DNA of 64,000 nt. Origin: Phoronis australis. Lineage: Eukaryota; Animalia; Phoronida. Positions 52,201 to 63,752 of this stretch are shown here, piece by piece. A program made the translations under genes and the position numbers. Each line of letters opens with the position of its first letter. Within the stretch, counting starts at the first letter, position 1. The stretch lies in the NCBI GenBank assembly GCA_002633005.1, contig NMRA01000009.1, positions 1,695,858 through 1,759,857 on the forward strand, given 5' to 3'. Under the pieces are notes generated by a model. The model was not told where the DNA came from and did not search any database. It saw nothing but the letters and a program-made list of their open reading frames with translations.

Positions 52201-55200
52201 ATACATCAGGCCAAGGAACCTTTGTGGGAGTAATACTGGACAGCTTCTTGGCAGATCTGGTCTACAAAAATTGATATCGTGATGACAACAGGTATAGATT
52301 GAAGTAATGTTCTCTAATATTGATAAACATGATAACAGACCATACAGTCTAAACATGATAACGGACCATACAGTCTAAACATGATAACGGACCATACAGT
52401 CTAAACATGATAACAGACCATACAGTCTGAACAATGATAACGTACCATACAGTCTAAACATGATAACGGATCATACAGTCTAAAATAATATGATAACGGA
52501 CCAGACAGTCTAAATATGATAACGTACCATACAGTCTAAACATGATAACGTACCATACAGTCTAAACATGATAACGTACCATACAGTCTAAACATGATAA
52601 CGGATCATACAGTCTAAATATGATAACGGACCAGACAGTCTAAACAACAACATGGCCAATAAACACGATATATATAAATGTAAGACAGCGCAATATTTTT
52701 GAGAAAATGAAAATAATAATCTAGCGGACATAAAAGAACAACAGCTGCTGAAAATGGTATGTGTATGTGACAAAATACCATCTCCAGACAAACATCACAA
52801 AAGGAGACCTGGGATGGATGCTAGTTTCTTGTAGGACACATGCCTTACACAACCCAAACAGAGAGCATTCTGGGTAACGAATCTTCTACTTCCATGATTC
52901 AATATTCTGGCAAACTGCCAATCACTTTGAGCGGTGGCCATTGTGCTAGTGTGCAATAATAAGATCGCATTACTTTACATGTGCAACGCCTAATGAGAAC
53001 TTGTTACACTACAGTGATCTTAATATCAAATGCAAAATGAGTGAGACGAAATGTTTACCTGTTTAATTGGAGACAGATTGTCTTGGGCTGCTGAACCATC
53101 AGGTTTGAAACACTTTAACAAATCGTCAATATCAAGATTAACATCTGAAACACAGCATTGCAACAAAAATGTCAACTCCCTGTGGACAGCTCATGTTTAT
53201 ACTATACTATGAACAGCCATGTTCCTTCAAGCAATTTTGCAAGGAGACATAGCAAGTATCAAATTAATCAAGAGTCACTGCTCCCAACATTCAGTTAGAC
53301 ACACAGGAACATTATAGGCACTTGAATGAAATGGCATTCTCATACATTTCAGTGTAACACAAGATCAACTTAACACTGATGATCAATCAGCTAAAAGCAT
53401 AAAGGATAAAATTAAGACTTGAAACTATGTATATTTTAAATGATAAAAATATTTAGTAATGATCCCTTTTAGAACCAAAGAACTGTACCTTGATGAGGAA
53501 AGTTTACAGCTGTTTCGTCCATATCTCACAGACATGATGCGCTACCAGGTGTACACTTTCCACATCAAGATACGGTTCTTTGGTTCCAAAGGGATCTTTA
53601 CTCAATATTTTTAAATTAAGACTTATTCATTCTTCAACTTCAAGCTCCTATTCAACCTGTGTGTTCTCATACACAGATAGAAAACTAACATCTTCCAAAG
53701 CAAATTAACAACATCAGTATTATCGTTCAAGTAAAATGGTATACATTTCTGGACATCACACCATGTGCTTATTCAGTGTCCAAAGTTACAGCACTTACTT
53801 TCCTCCCGCGGTGGTGGTGAGAGTCCAGCAAAACTTTCAGCAGACTTGAACTTATTCAGCTTCTTCTTCTCACAGTCAATATAAGTCAACAGTCTCCTTT
53901 CAGGCCAGTCAGTCGGATTACAATCTGCCTCTTAACGTGGATAGGACCAAGTGTTAAAGATCAATGACACAAGCACTCAATTTCCAGATAATCACTGATT
54001 ACTGAGATGTCAAAAATAAATGTTCAAAATGAAGCATGATTGTATAGACCTCTCTGGAGACCTGGGGCCTGTTCCAAGAAACTGACTTAAGTTCATTTTT
54101 GACTTAAGTTAAAGATTTGTCTTCAATTCCGAACTTTGAAACTTCCACATTCTGTTAGTGAAATTTAAGACAAAACTAACGTCACACTGTTAATTTAAAC
54201 TTAAGATCTCTTTCTTGAATTGGTTTTGAGACAAATTTAACTTTTATTTTAAAATTTACTAAAATTTAGGATTTGTCTTAGCTAAGTCAGTTTTGTTGGA
54301 ACGGGTCCCTAAACTCCTTAGTATAAACACGCAGATTCATTTTCTGTAAAAACACAAGATCATGTTATCATGTACAGGGTTTCAATAAAACGGACTTTTT
54401 CTAATCTCAGTTGCACTCACCTGACAAAAAGTCCTTCAACTCTATGGTAGACTTTACATCTACTTTTGTCTTTGCTAATTTCCACTTGGAACTGACAATG
54501 CTTAAATACTTTTCTTTGACTATGTCCAAGATGGCGGCAACTTCCATCGACGTTACACTGGCGGTGCTGTCTTTTTCCTTCTTGGAGGCTGGAAGTTGAC
54601 AAAAAATGAATTTGTTGTTAACAAAAGGCCAAATGTGAATAAGGGCACTTTACACCTTAAAATGTAAGGACATCAAGCTGCAGACGAAATATGTCTATTT
54701 ACAGGTATGTCTATTACTTTAACACAATTATAGTTACTGAAGACAACTTGAAGCTAAATAAACATATCGGGTGAAAGAATAACAGGATAATTTCAGATCG
54801 CAGAAGAAACCAAGCTGTTAAGCATTTTAGCATGCTAAGCATTTTAGTGTGTTAACGTCACTGGTCATATTATTATTATTAAATAATTCTTTTGTGAATT
54901 TGTTTTGAGCATTGTTCTGCATAAATGTACTTTCTTGCATTTTGAGTAACTATATAATAATTCCATGCCTGGGTGTATTAGCACAAGACACTGCAAAAGT
55001 CAAACTACAGGGTAGGAAGAAAATTAGTAAAACTGCGAAACAGTCGAGGTCAATATCAATATAGAAGGTTTGCTAAATAATAAGCATTTCTGAGTAAACC
55101 AAAAAATTGTTATTAATTATAGGCATTCAACAAAAATCAGAAGGCTGCCTCACCTCACCTGAGCAATTTTAATTATAAATTATGACAGAAAAACAGGATG

Positions 55201-58200
55201 AGGTTAAAAGCAACATTCACAATAGGGCTGTCCCTGATACATGGCGGTAGAACTCTCCTTTGTCTAGGCGACAAAGAAAGCGTATGACCCCAATTTGGAA
55301 ATCAGGCACATTATCGTGTCTCTCATCAATGTCGGGAAAGCAAAAAATTTCAGATCATGCATCCACGGTTATTTGTCCAGTTTATCAAACTTTTTCATGT
55401 CGGAGTTGCAGTCCACAGGACAGCGGTAATACTCTGTTGGCACTGGAAGTATGAATTGAGTAATGCAACTGAGAAAAACTTGTAAAGAGCCCGACAACAA
55501 CAAATAACATGTGAAACTCCAATGGCACGAAAATGAGGCAGCAAATGTGCCTGACGGATGTTTACAACCTTATGCACAGATAAAGTGAGATTCGAATGTC
55601 GCAGTGTAATCCGGGACAAACCCATTAAACCTCCCATAAATGTGGTCATAGAGCAAAACAGACACTCTGCAATTATTCATTAAAGAGGCATTTTGCTGCT
55701 GTTTAAATGTCAATGTTAAATTTTTAACCAAAGCACTTTGGGGTTTCAGAGCATTACCACGCTCATCCAATCTTTAATTATTAACAAATAACTCGGCAAC
55801 TAAGTCACAGTTAATGTACAAGCGCCATTTCCAAATTATTCATTTTAGGGTTGGTCAACCTCAATAAACACTGAAGCATTCCCTTGAGATGGTGATGACT
55901 TAGATGTTCTTGTTGGTAATTGACATGAAGTCCAACCATGGTAAAGTATATTATGAGACCAATTTTATAAGAGTAAAAGACATATCAACACAGTTTTCAT
56001 TGTTTAGCCAGCAAAACAGGAGAAATACAGCTTTAATGTTGGTTTTACCTATCCACGCCTCCAGTACTTGACACTGGAGTGTCTTCAGGTTCTGCTGCAA
56101 AAGACTCATGTCTTCCCTGTTGAACTGCTTCAAATTTTTCAACACACTGCACACCTCTGCCTGTGTCTCGGTATTTGGCTGTTGGATGACAGTTCTCTTA
56201 TGAAGAGCTAACAAATGCATAATTGATCCATCCAACTCCTCAGGAGAGCGCAATAAAACGGCACGATATTCCCTTTGCCCTGCCCTGTTCTGTAAGCATG
56301 TGATCAGGAAGTTTGCGTAATTGTTCAGCTTGACTGGCTCCCCATCACAACCTGCAAGAAGTATAGTAATGATCATACAGATAACAATGGAAATGGAAAT
56401 GACACAAAAACCCTATTCACAGTGCTTTATATTTCAAAATACAAATTTTCCAAGGTCATACAAAAGGAACACTCATTTAACACATCGTCTTTCCATGCTC
56501 GCTTAGGATATTTTACATAAAAATTTTAAACTCCAAGGATCAAGTCTGTTTACTAATTTGTGAAAGAATGATTGTGTAACAGCAAACAAATCATTCAAGC
56601 AGCATCCAAATATATCTTTTGGAAATGCACTTTAATTTTAACAGCAGTAATTAGGTAATTACTAAAATTCAACAACTTTATAATTAAAGTGGCAATAGAC
56701 CAACGCTGCAGTGAAGAAACTAACTTTTAATTTAAAGAACTTATTGCTATAAAATTAGTCTCAACTTGTTCCTCACTCAGATGAGAAATGATTCTTGGTC
56801 TTGCAAAGATCTGACACTGGTTACATGTGGAGACCTTGCATGACAGTCCCAAAAAGACATGACTCAACATGTGAACATCAAGAGCCTTGTCTCAACCTAA
56901 TACATAACTGTCAGTTCTTCCCAAGTTTAGAAATAACACTTTGACTAAGGAACAATTTGAGACTAATTTCACAGCACTAAGTGCTCTAAAGGTGGGTTTA
57001 TAGCCACTTTAACCCTTATCCTGCGCTAAGTGAGGTAAGCTGTAGCCGGCTGTGCTAGGAGAGTGCACTCAACCCAGGAGACTTGTGATTTTCATTCAGA
57101 AATTGTAAGAGTCCTGGAATATTGTTTAGATAAATGAGCATGCCCATTCCATAGTTCACAGTGCCCACTACATTTATCTGATTTAAACCATATGGCTGTG
57201 ATTAATAGTTTGGGAGATATTGGCAGGTTTAAGTGTAGACACATAGTTTTATTATAGCCTATGGCTGGAGCCAGACATGAGAGGATGACAGTGGATCAGT
57301 TTACTTTCACTAAGGTTACGATGAAGATTTACATATGGTGAAAATCTCCATTAAATTCTGGACAACTTTTATCTTGGGTACTTTTCTCTGAAATTAAAAT
57401 TTCCTCTTCAAATTACCAGTTTAAAATTGTTAGGTCATTAGTCTGAGTGACCTTCATAACAGCTTAGTGTACAGCAGTAGTGGTAACCTACTTAGCTCAG
57501 CACACAGGGAAAGTAGTCTGATTAGAGGCTCAGCAGGATAAGGATTAAACAATTTACTTGAAGGTTTTTTTGGTTTATCAATTCATTTTTGTTAATAGTA
57601 CATAATTATTCTCCCTGTATAAGACCCATCCCACCCAGATCATGTGACTGTACAAGACCCACCCCTACCTAGGTCATGTGACTGTACAACACACACCACT
57701 AGGTCATGTGACTATACAAAGCCCATTCTTACCTAGGTCCTGTGGCTCATCTATCACCTTCTTTTTCCAAGCCTCGGTTGTAAAATTACTCTTAGCAGGT
57801 ACAGCTATGTGTGAATCATAGTCAACTCTAACAATTAAGCTCATCTGTAAGAGAGAAGAAATCCCATGGACAACAGTACACCCATTGTTGACACATTTTC
57901 AACTTATTTACAATTCCACCTAAATTATGTAGATTGTCTTGAAAAAAGCAATGACGTGAAACACTCAATAGAAAAGCTAAAAAATAGATTTTATAAGCAC
58001 TAAAAGACGCGTCACTTGGCTGACACAAATGCATTTCCACGACTGACACACCCAAGACTCGTCTAAGAAAATATGTCTGGATATTGCTGTAATTTCTTGA
58101 CAAGTAATAAAAACCGAACTAAAAAGGGTGATATATAACATGCATTCCCGTTTCAAATCCTGAATCATCTTTAATGTGAGAACGCTGCTATTGCACAGCC

Positions 58201-61200
58201 TGTGTGAAACTGTAAACTACAGACTTCAACACAGACCTTTTGTCTACAATGCTAAACATGCAAACACAAAGGCAAATGTAGCAACATCTGTTACTTACTC
58301 CTTCCTGATTCACCAAATGTTTTAGGACATCTCTTGTTTTCTCAGCAACTTTGCTTTGGCTTTCTACACGTCTGCGTTAGTTAAAGATTAGTCAAATGGC
58401 CGTTTCTAGTTATTTAGTATCAAAGTGGTTCATTTTCACAAACAAAGAAGCACCCCTTTCCCAGTAACAGCAAATAGCCATGACCTGAGTCTCAGACCAC
58501 CAAACTTTAGTTGAGATCAAACTTGAAAATTGACCAATCACGTGGAACACTACCAGTACACTTCCACACTAACTTGTTGTGATTGGATAGATTTCGAGTC
58601 GTGTCCAAGAGTAAAAAGGATACAAAACAAACTGTTTGTCTGTGGACAAATACAAAGGAACGTCACTTCGATGCATGTGACTCAGGACTACCATTCTGTT
58701 TGAGACCACTGAAGACATCTGAAAGAAGACAATGGCTACGGAAATGATGCACAACAGTAGTGGCTGGTATGTCAAAGTGCAACAAGGTATCAAATTTGAA
58801 CTTTTGTCATGGTGAGAAAATAGACATTTTCCTAGCTACATAACAGTACACCATTGAGAGCTCGCCTAATAGTATAATTCTCCTTCTGATCAAGGCACTT
58901 CATGCCACACACACTATAATTGACTAATTAAAGGAGCATCTGGTGGCACACACGCCGGACCCTTCATTGCAGTGACAGGACCAGGCACACATGGCTGGAC
59001 CCTTCATTGCAGTCACAGGACCAGGCACACATGGCCAGACCCTTCAATGCAGTCACAGGACCAGGTACACATGGCCGGACCCTTCATTGCAAGTAACAGG
59101 ACCAGGGAAACATGGCCGGACCTTTCATTGCAGTCACAGGACCAGGCACACAACATGGCCAGACACTTGGAGTCACAAGCCCCCAACATAATAATTGTGT
59201 TTAGAAAACTTGTTATGTTCACATAAACCTGTGGTTTGTGTTGATCAAGAGTATATTCGAGAGCGAATTTCTCAGCATATGAGACAAAACAGGCAGCATA
59301 AGTCGGTGAAGAAACTGGTTTTCAAGGAAACATACTTAGAGTGAATTGTGCCCCCATCAGACACTGATGATGTAATCAGTTTTTCTGGGAAACATACTGT
59401 GAGTGAATCATGCCTGCATAAGAGACTTTCCATGTATACTATTTATATTGATAGTTCTATGAATTTTTTTGTAAGTTTCATTGAATGCATCAAAAGAATA
59501 ATTACGTTATTATGAAATTAGCAATGTTACATAAACGATGTTGTAAAGAAAGGTTTGATTTACCCCCCAAAAATAGAAATACCAAAATCTCTTTTTAAAG
59601 CAATTTCCAAGTATTTAAGGACCCGTGCTGTTCGATGACAAGTTTTCCCTCAGTCACAGACTATGAAAATAATTGTGAAAATTATCTTTCAAATATATCC
59701 AAGCGCTAAAGAATAAAATAGATGTATTAAATTGCCAAAAGCATAGAAAATCAAAAGGCGTGAAAATGACCGTTAGAGATTTGCTATGTAGTTGAATGTG
59801 AAGCAAATAACACGTTTAGTTGTAAAAATAACAGTTATCACTTTGAACAATATTTGTGTTTAAAAAAATCCTCAGAGGTTGAAACTTTTGTATGTTAAAA
59901 ATAAGTACAATCATCAGAAAAATTCATTATCTCTGATCTTTTTCTTCCTAAAAATATGTACTTTTAATGTTTACCATAGCCTGGTTTTTTGACATGTGAG
60001 TTAGAATAGAGGTCACTAACTAAGGTTTGCGATAACTTCTAAAGTCATTTCAAATTTTACCAAGTGACAAAAACTTGAAATTGATCTTTGCTAGCAAAAT
60101 TGACGTAACTTTTTGATATCTGTAACCACAACAAGTTTGATGTTCATTATTTGTAACATATGAGTGGAACAGTGCTCATACCACTTGTACACCTTTCGTT
60201 GTCTTATGCCGTCTGTCTGTGTGTCCGGAGTGTTCTTTGGGTTTTCTGTGATGTTTTGACGACACATTTAACTCACAATCTTGCTGCCCAGTATCCAAAG
60301 CTGTCAGCGAAAGTCCTGGCAGACAAATCTAAAGTAATCAGGAGAAAGAATACGCATATTTACGAATAACGACATTAACTCTTAGAGCAAACATATTGTG
60401 AGGTGGATACAGGTCTCATAAACAGTGTGCCTTTTTAAAAACGTTATCAAACAAGCTCTCGCTCAATTCTACTCGTGATTGTCAAAAGGTGTCTGCACGC
60501 AAAACTGACTTACCTTCCTTCCACTTAACACCTCCAGGTGACCCCTCCAAATTGGTAGAGAGCTCAGGCTCTCTTTTGAACATACTGACATGCACAAATC
60601 ATCTATCCAAGGCAACCAAGTGTCTACAAAGGGGCCAGGTGAACTGGTGATGCAGTGAATGTGACCGCTGTGCCAGGTCACAAGACGTTTTAGAGCTCCG
60701 TAAAGCAAAATATCCTCAGCCACTGACTCCGTGGTGTCCGTGTTTAAAAACAGATAAACGTCTAAGGTAAAACCTAAAAAATAAAAAAACCTCTAACTTA
60801 AACACAGTAAATAACAACAAGGTTTTTTATTTTACATTTTTAACTTCATTGCTTTATTACTGCTACTCATATTGTCTCAACAGTATAAAGTCCTGGAAGA
60901 ACAAACGCATCACAGGCCTTTGGGCTACCCTCTATAAATAAAACTGAAAGAACAATAATTAACCAACTAAAAATAAATTAAATAAATAACAGATTTCTGA
61001 GTTCAATATCAGGTAAATTTCTCCTCTCGTACCTGTTACAGGTAATGAATCTGCCAGGTGATGAACAAGCATGGAAATGTCATGCTCATTTTTGTTTTCC
61101 TCAACTGTTGCCACTGTGAAAATTTCTAAGCAGACGGATTCAAGTTTAGCAGCACCGTTTCTTATAGTAAGTTCAATCCATTTTTCTCTATTTTCTCTGT

Positions 61201-61347
61201 TTTCACTGTCCTTTGTGCTGGCCAAAATAGTCTGAAGAAATCTGCGTCCACCAGAGCCTGGCCACGGTACCAACGCCTCTAAAGTAAAGTCATATTCTTG
61301 GTAACAATCTAACCACTTTGTGCAGACATTTTTCAAGGATTCGGCTC
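49251..61347 (-). CDS. MTBP: Mdm2-binding protein (MTBP; Treslin partner in replication initiation)
   Basis: Phase-consistent minus-strand exons: 61347-61033, 60773-60514, 60328-60182, 58718-58624, 58371-58299, 57844-57733, 56351-56049, 54588-54421, 53924-53799, 53144-53059, 52261-52176, 51625-51347, 50891-50762, 50478-50365, 49648-49583, 49307-49251(TGA). Peptides recalled as MTBP-like: VHHLADSLPVTG, YGALKRLVTWH, IWRGHL, LLRSPEELDGS, NPTDWPERRLL, LDIDDLLKCFKPDG, RLRARYVSHETSSTC, ESRSERHKR, GIDKTHEAFPVCSKRLYE, DLPNSYNLKQEM. The 5' end is uncertain (candidate exons 63805-63757 and 61430-61419). Confidence 0.9.
50070..50219. mobile_element. Harbinger-like MITE remnant
   Basis: Ends caggggcagatccagg ... 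tggaaatctgtcactg (imperfect TIRs) with G-run subterminal motifs. Confidence 0.5.
51109..51219. repeat. 18-bp tandem repeat, ~6 copies
   Basis: caatgcttactatactga repeated in an MTBP intron. Confidence 0.9.
52324..52645. repeat. Minisatellite, 26-bp unit, ~12 copies
   Basis: taaacatgataacggaccatacagtc repeated. Confidence 0.95.
53444..53613. mobile_element. Foldback MITE (~65-bp inverted arms)
   Basis: taaaaatatttagtaatgatccctttt.gaaccaaagaactgtaccttgatgaggaaagtttacagctg pairs with caggtgtacactttccacatcaagatacggttctttggttccaaagggatctttactcaatattttta. Confidence 0.8.
54064..54309. mobile_element. PIF/Harbinger-like MITE
   Basis: TIRs ggggcctgttccaagaaactgactta / taagtcagttttgttggaacgggtccc. 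Confidence 0.7.
56688..57008. mobile_element. Kolobok-like non-autonomous element (TTAA target)
   Basis: ttaa|agtggcaatagacc ... ggtttatagccact|ttaa; imperfect 14-bp TIRs starting AG. Confidence 0.6.
57013..57544. mobile_element. piggyBac-like non-autonomous element (TTAA target)
   Basis: ttaa|cccttatcctgc ... gcaggataagga|ttaa. Confidence 0.7.
57615..57745. repeat. Degenerate ~35-bp tandem repeat overlapping an MTBP exon/donor junction
   Basis: The units ...tacctaggtcatgtgactgtacaa... resemble the junction ttacctaggtcctgtggc. Confidence 0.7.
58372..58623 (-). other. U12-type (minor spliceosome) GT-AG intron in MTBP
   Basis: 5' splice site GTATCCTTT, branch TCTTTAAC ~10 nt before CAG, no polypyrimidine tract; the flanking exons join in frame (FVL|RVES). 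Confidence 0.85.
58944..59175. repeat. Minisatellite, 40-bp unit, ~5.5 copies
   Basis: ggcacacatggccggacccttcattgcagtcacaggacca repeated. Confidence 0.95.
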
Positions 61348-61580
61348 CTGAAATATATAGTGTTATAATAAGAATATGTGATAAACGATAATTTTACAAA
61401 GCACCCTCTCAAACTCACCTGTATTCAACACTGGTGATAATTAAATCATAGAAAAAGGAGTATTCGATGAATTTAATCTTTGATAGAACACCTTGGGTTA
61501 AACAGACAAACAACTGTCTGACAAAGCTCTATGCATCATGCATGAAAGAACGTATAATTTGGGAACAACATTAATTAACA

Positions 61581-63101
61581 TAGTTATTGAGCCAGTCTCT
61601 ATATAGCTGGCCCAGTAGAGACGGTGTAGCTCCTATAGATGCTTCATATGCCAGGAGCTTTTCATCGAATTATGCCTCAAACTGACTAGAACATCGAAGT
61701 CCCACTGTTATAAATACGTTTTGCACATAGAGGGACACCTTAGGAGGCCATCGATGTCTTTAATTCCTTCCAACTCGAACAAATACTCCTGTTATCAAAC
61801 TTTTTCTTCGAGTAGTCCCTTGTTCAGTTCCCAAAATCGGTAACTTGCATTTTTACACTGTGCACACCAGGGGATATGACCTCATGCCACTTGCTGCGCA
61901 ATGTTAAAAATGACCAGTTACCTTGAATTTTGGGAACTGAACGAGGGACTACTCAAAGAAAAAGCTTGATAATGGGAGTGTTTGTTCGAGTTGGAAAGAA
62001 TTACAGGCTCGTATCCAGGGGAGGGGGTTCGAGGGACTCGATTGGACCCGTCCCGCAATGAAAAAGTCCAGCCCCAGCAAATCCTTTAAAGATAGGATAT
62101 AAATGGACAACAACAAAATTGTTGCAACTACTGGTGATACTAACTACAACAATGACTAAGTTAGTAATAATGTTGAATTTGCTTCTGATTCAAAGCGCTT
62201 CACGTGGCATCAGGCCGTACCAGGGGAACTTCGCTCAAGTGCCCGTGTGTTTGCGTAGATGACAGGATCGTGCATATGATAAAAGGAGGCTTTTTGTTAT
62301 TCATAAACCACGCGCGTGGTGGATACACCAAAGGGTAACAAAGTAGTCTAGAAGTGAATGTAAAAGCTTAAAAATTACATCTGAGTTTGCAAGCTTAGAT
62401 ATTTTGGAGCAGTGAACCTGTTTGGAGTAGTGAATCTTCAAAATAGTGAACCTTCAGAATAGTGAACCTTTGGAGTAGTGAACCCTTCAAAATAGTGGGC
62501 TGTTTCCATTTCCAACGATGTAAGCAACTTTTAAGTAACACGCAAAAATACAATCAGATAAACAATTTCGTCAAGTCATTCGTCAGCTTAACTTCATATT
62601 TCCGTCTGAGTATGTAATGAGGTATAATCACTCATTAAAGCATGGCCGAGTTGAAATTTTGACAGGAGGTAATGCGCGAATGTTCTCTTTCTGGACCACA
62701 TTACAACCAAATTTGTGTCACGTTCTTTGCGAGCAACCATCACAGCATCCTCATTTATTTTCTGGTATCACAAATTCCGTCTTATCTCATGAACATAGAG
62801 CTGAGAGTAACCGTTGTTTATACAGATTTCCCTTCCCCTTAATTAAGCTGCGTCAAAGGCCTTACCGAAAACTCTACAGTTTCAACGTATGTAAAATATC
62901 TGAGGACCATTCTAAGGTTCACCGTTCTAGAAATTTGAACCCCCCCTGCTCAGTGCTGGCTACGGCCCTGTTATAACAACGTGACTTTGATTTTTTAATC
63001 ACTGTGAGGTATAATTTGCCGGAAATCTTCTGGCGTATGAAAGCTCCTATAGGTGTTACACCGTCTCTGATGGGTCAGCTAGAGATGGTGGTCACTGTCT
63101 A
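61581..63101. mobile_element. Long-TIR foldback element, copy 1 (Academ-like TAG...CTA ends), interrupted by an insertion
   Basis: The left arm 61581-~61870 is the reverse complement of ~61890-62003 plus 62971-63101; central tgacctca; right end gtggtcactgtcta. Confidence 0.7.
62004..62970. mobile_element. Harbinger-like insertion (possibly composite) nested in foldback copy 1
   Basis: tta|caggctcgtatccagg ... ctggctacggccctg|tta; an internal agtgaacct repeat block at ~62405-62507 suggests a further nested fragment. Confidence 0.6.
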
Positions 63102-63126
63102 GCCAAGGACAAGGCTTCTACTCGCC

Positions 63127-63752
63127 TAGACAGTGACCACAGTCTCTTCTGGCTCCGGAGTAGAAGCTGTGAAGCTCCTATCTATAAGCGCTTCATACGA
63201 CAGAAGATTTTCGGCAAATTATGCCTCGCACTGACAAAAACAACAACGCTATGTTGCTATAAATACCTTTTACGTATAGAGGGACACTTTAGGAGGCCGT
63301 CTTTTTCCTTCCAAGTTGAACAAATACGCCCGTTATCAAACTTTTTCTTCGAGCAGTCCCTCGCTCAGTTCCCAAAATCGGCAACTCACCATTTTTAACA
63401 CTGTGCGCGCCAGGGGACATGACGTCATACCACCTGGCACGCACAGTGTTAAAAATGGTGAGCTACCGATTTTGGGTACTGAACGAGAACTGCTCGAAGA
63501 AAATGTTAGATAATGAGAATATTAATTTTGTTCGAGCTGGAAGGAATTACATATATCAGCGGCCTCCTAACGATAAGGTGTCCCTTTGTGAGCAAAAAGT
63601 ATTAAAAACAATGTGACTTTGATGTTTTAGTCCGTGCAAGGCATAATTCGCCGAAAAGCTTCCGGCGTATGAAGCGCCTATAGGAGCTCCACCGTCCTAC
63701 GTGCCACTAGTCACTAAACCTACTGAGTGATAGTGATAGTGGTCACTGTCTA
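63127..63752. mobile_element. Long-TIR foldback element, copy 2 (intact, Academ-like)
   Basis: tagacagtgaccac ... gtggtcactgtcta; ~290-bp inverted arms around a short spacer containing tgacgtca (63420-63427); same family as 61581-63101. Confidence 0.75.

Noticed and set aside
52845-52960. Possible MTBP exon (DWQFARILNHG)
   Set aside because: The exon at 52261-52176 fits phase and similarity better; there is no in-phase acceptor here.
58972-59226. Overlapping ORFs in several frames
   Set aside because: Produced by the 40-bp minisatellite.
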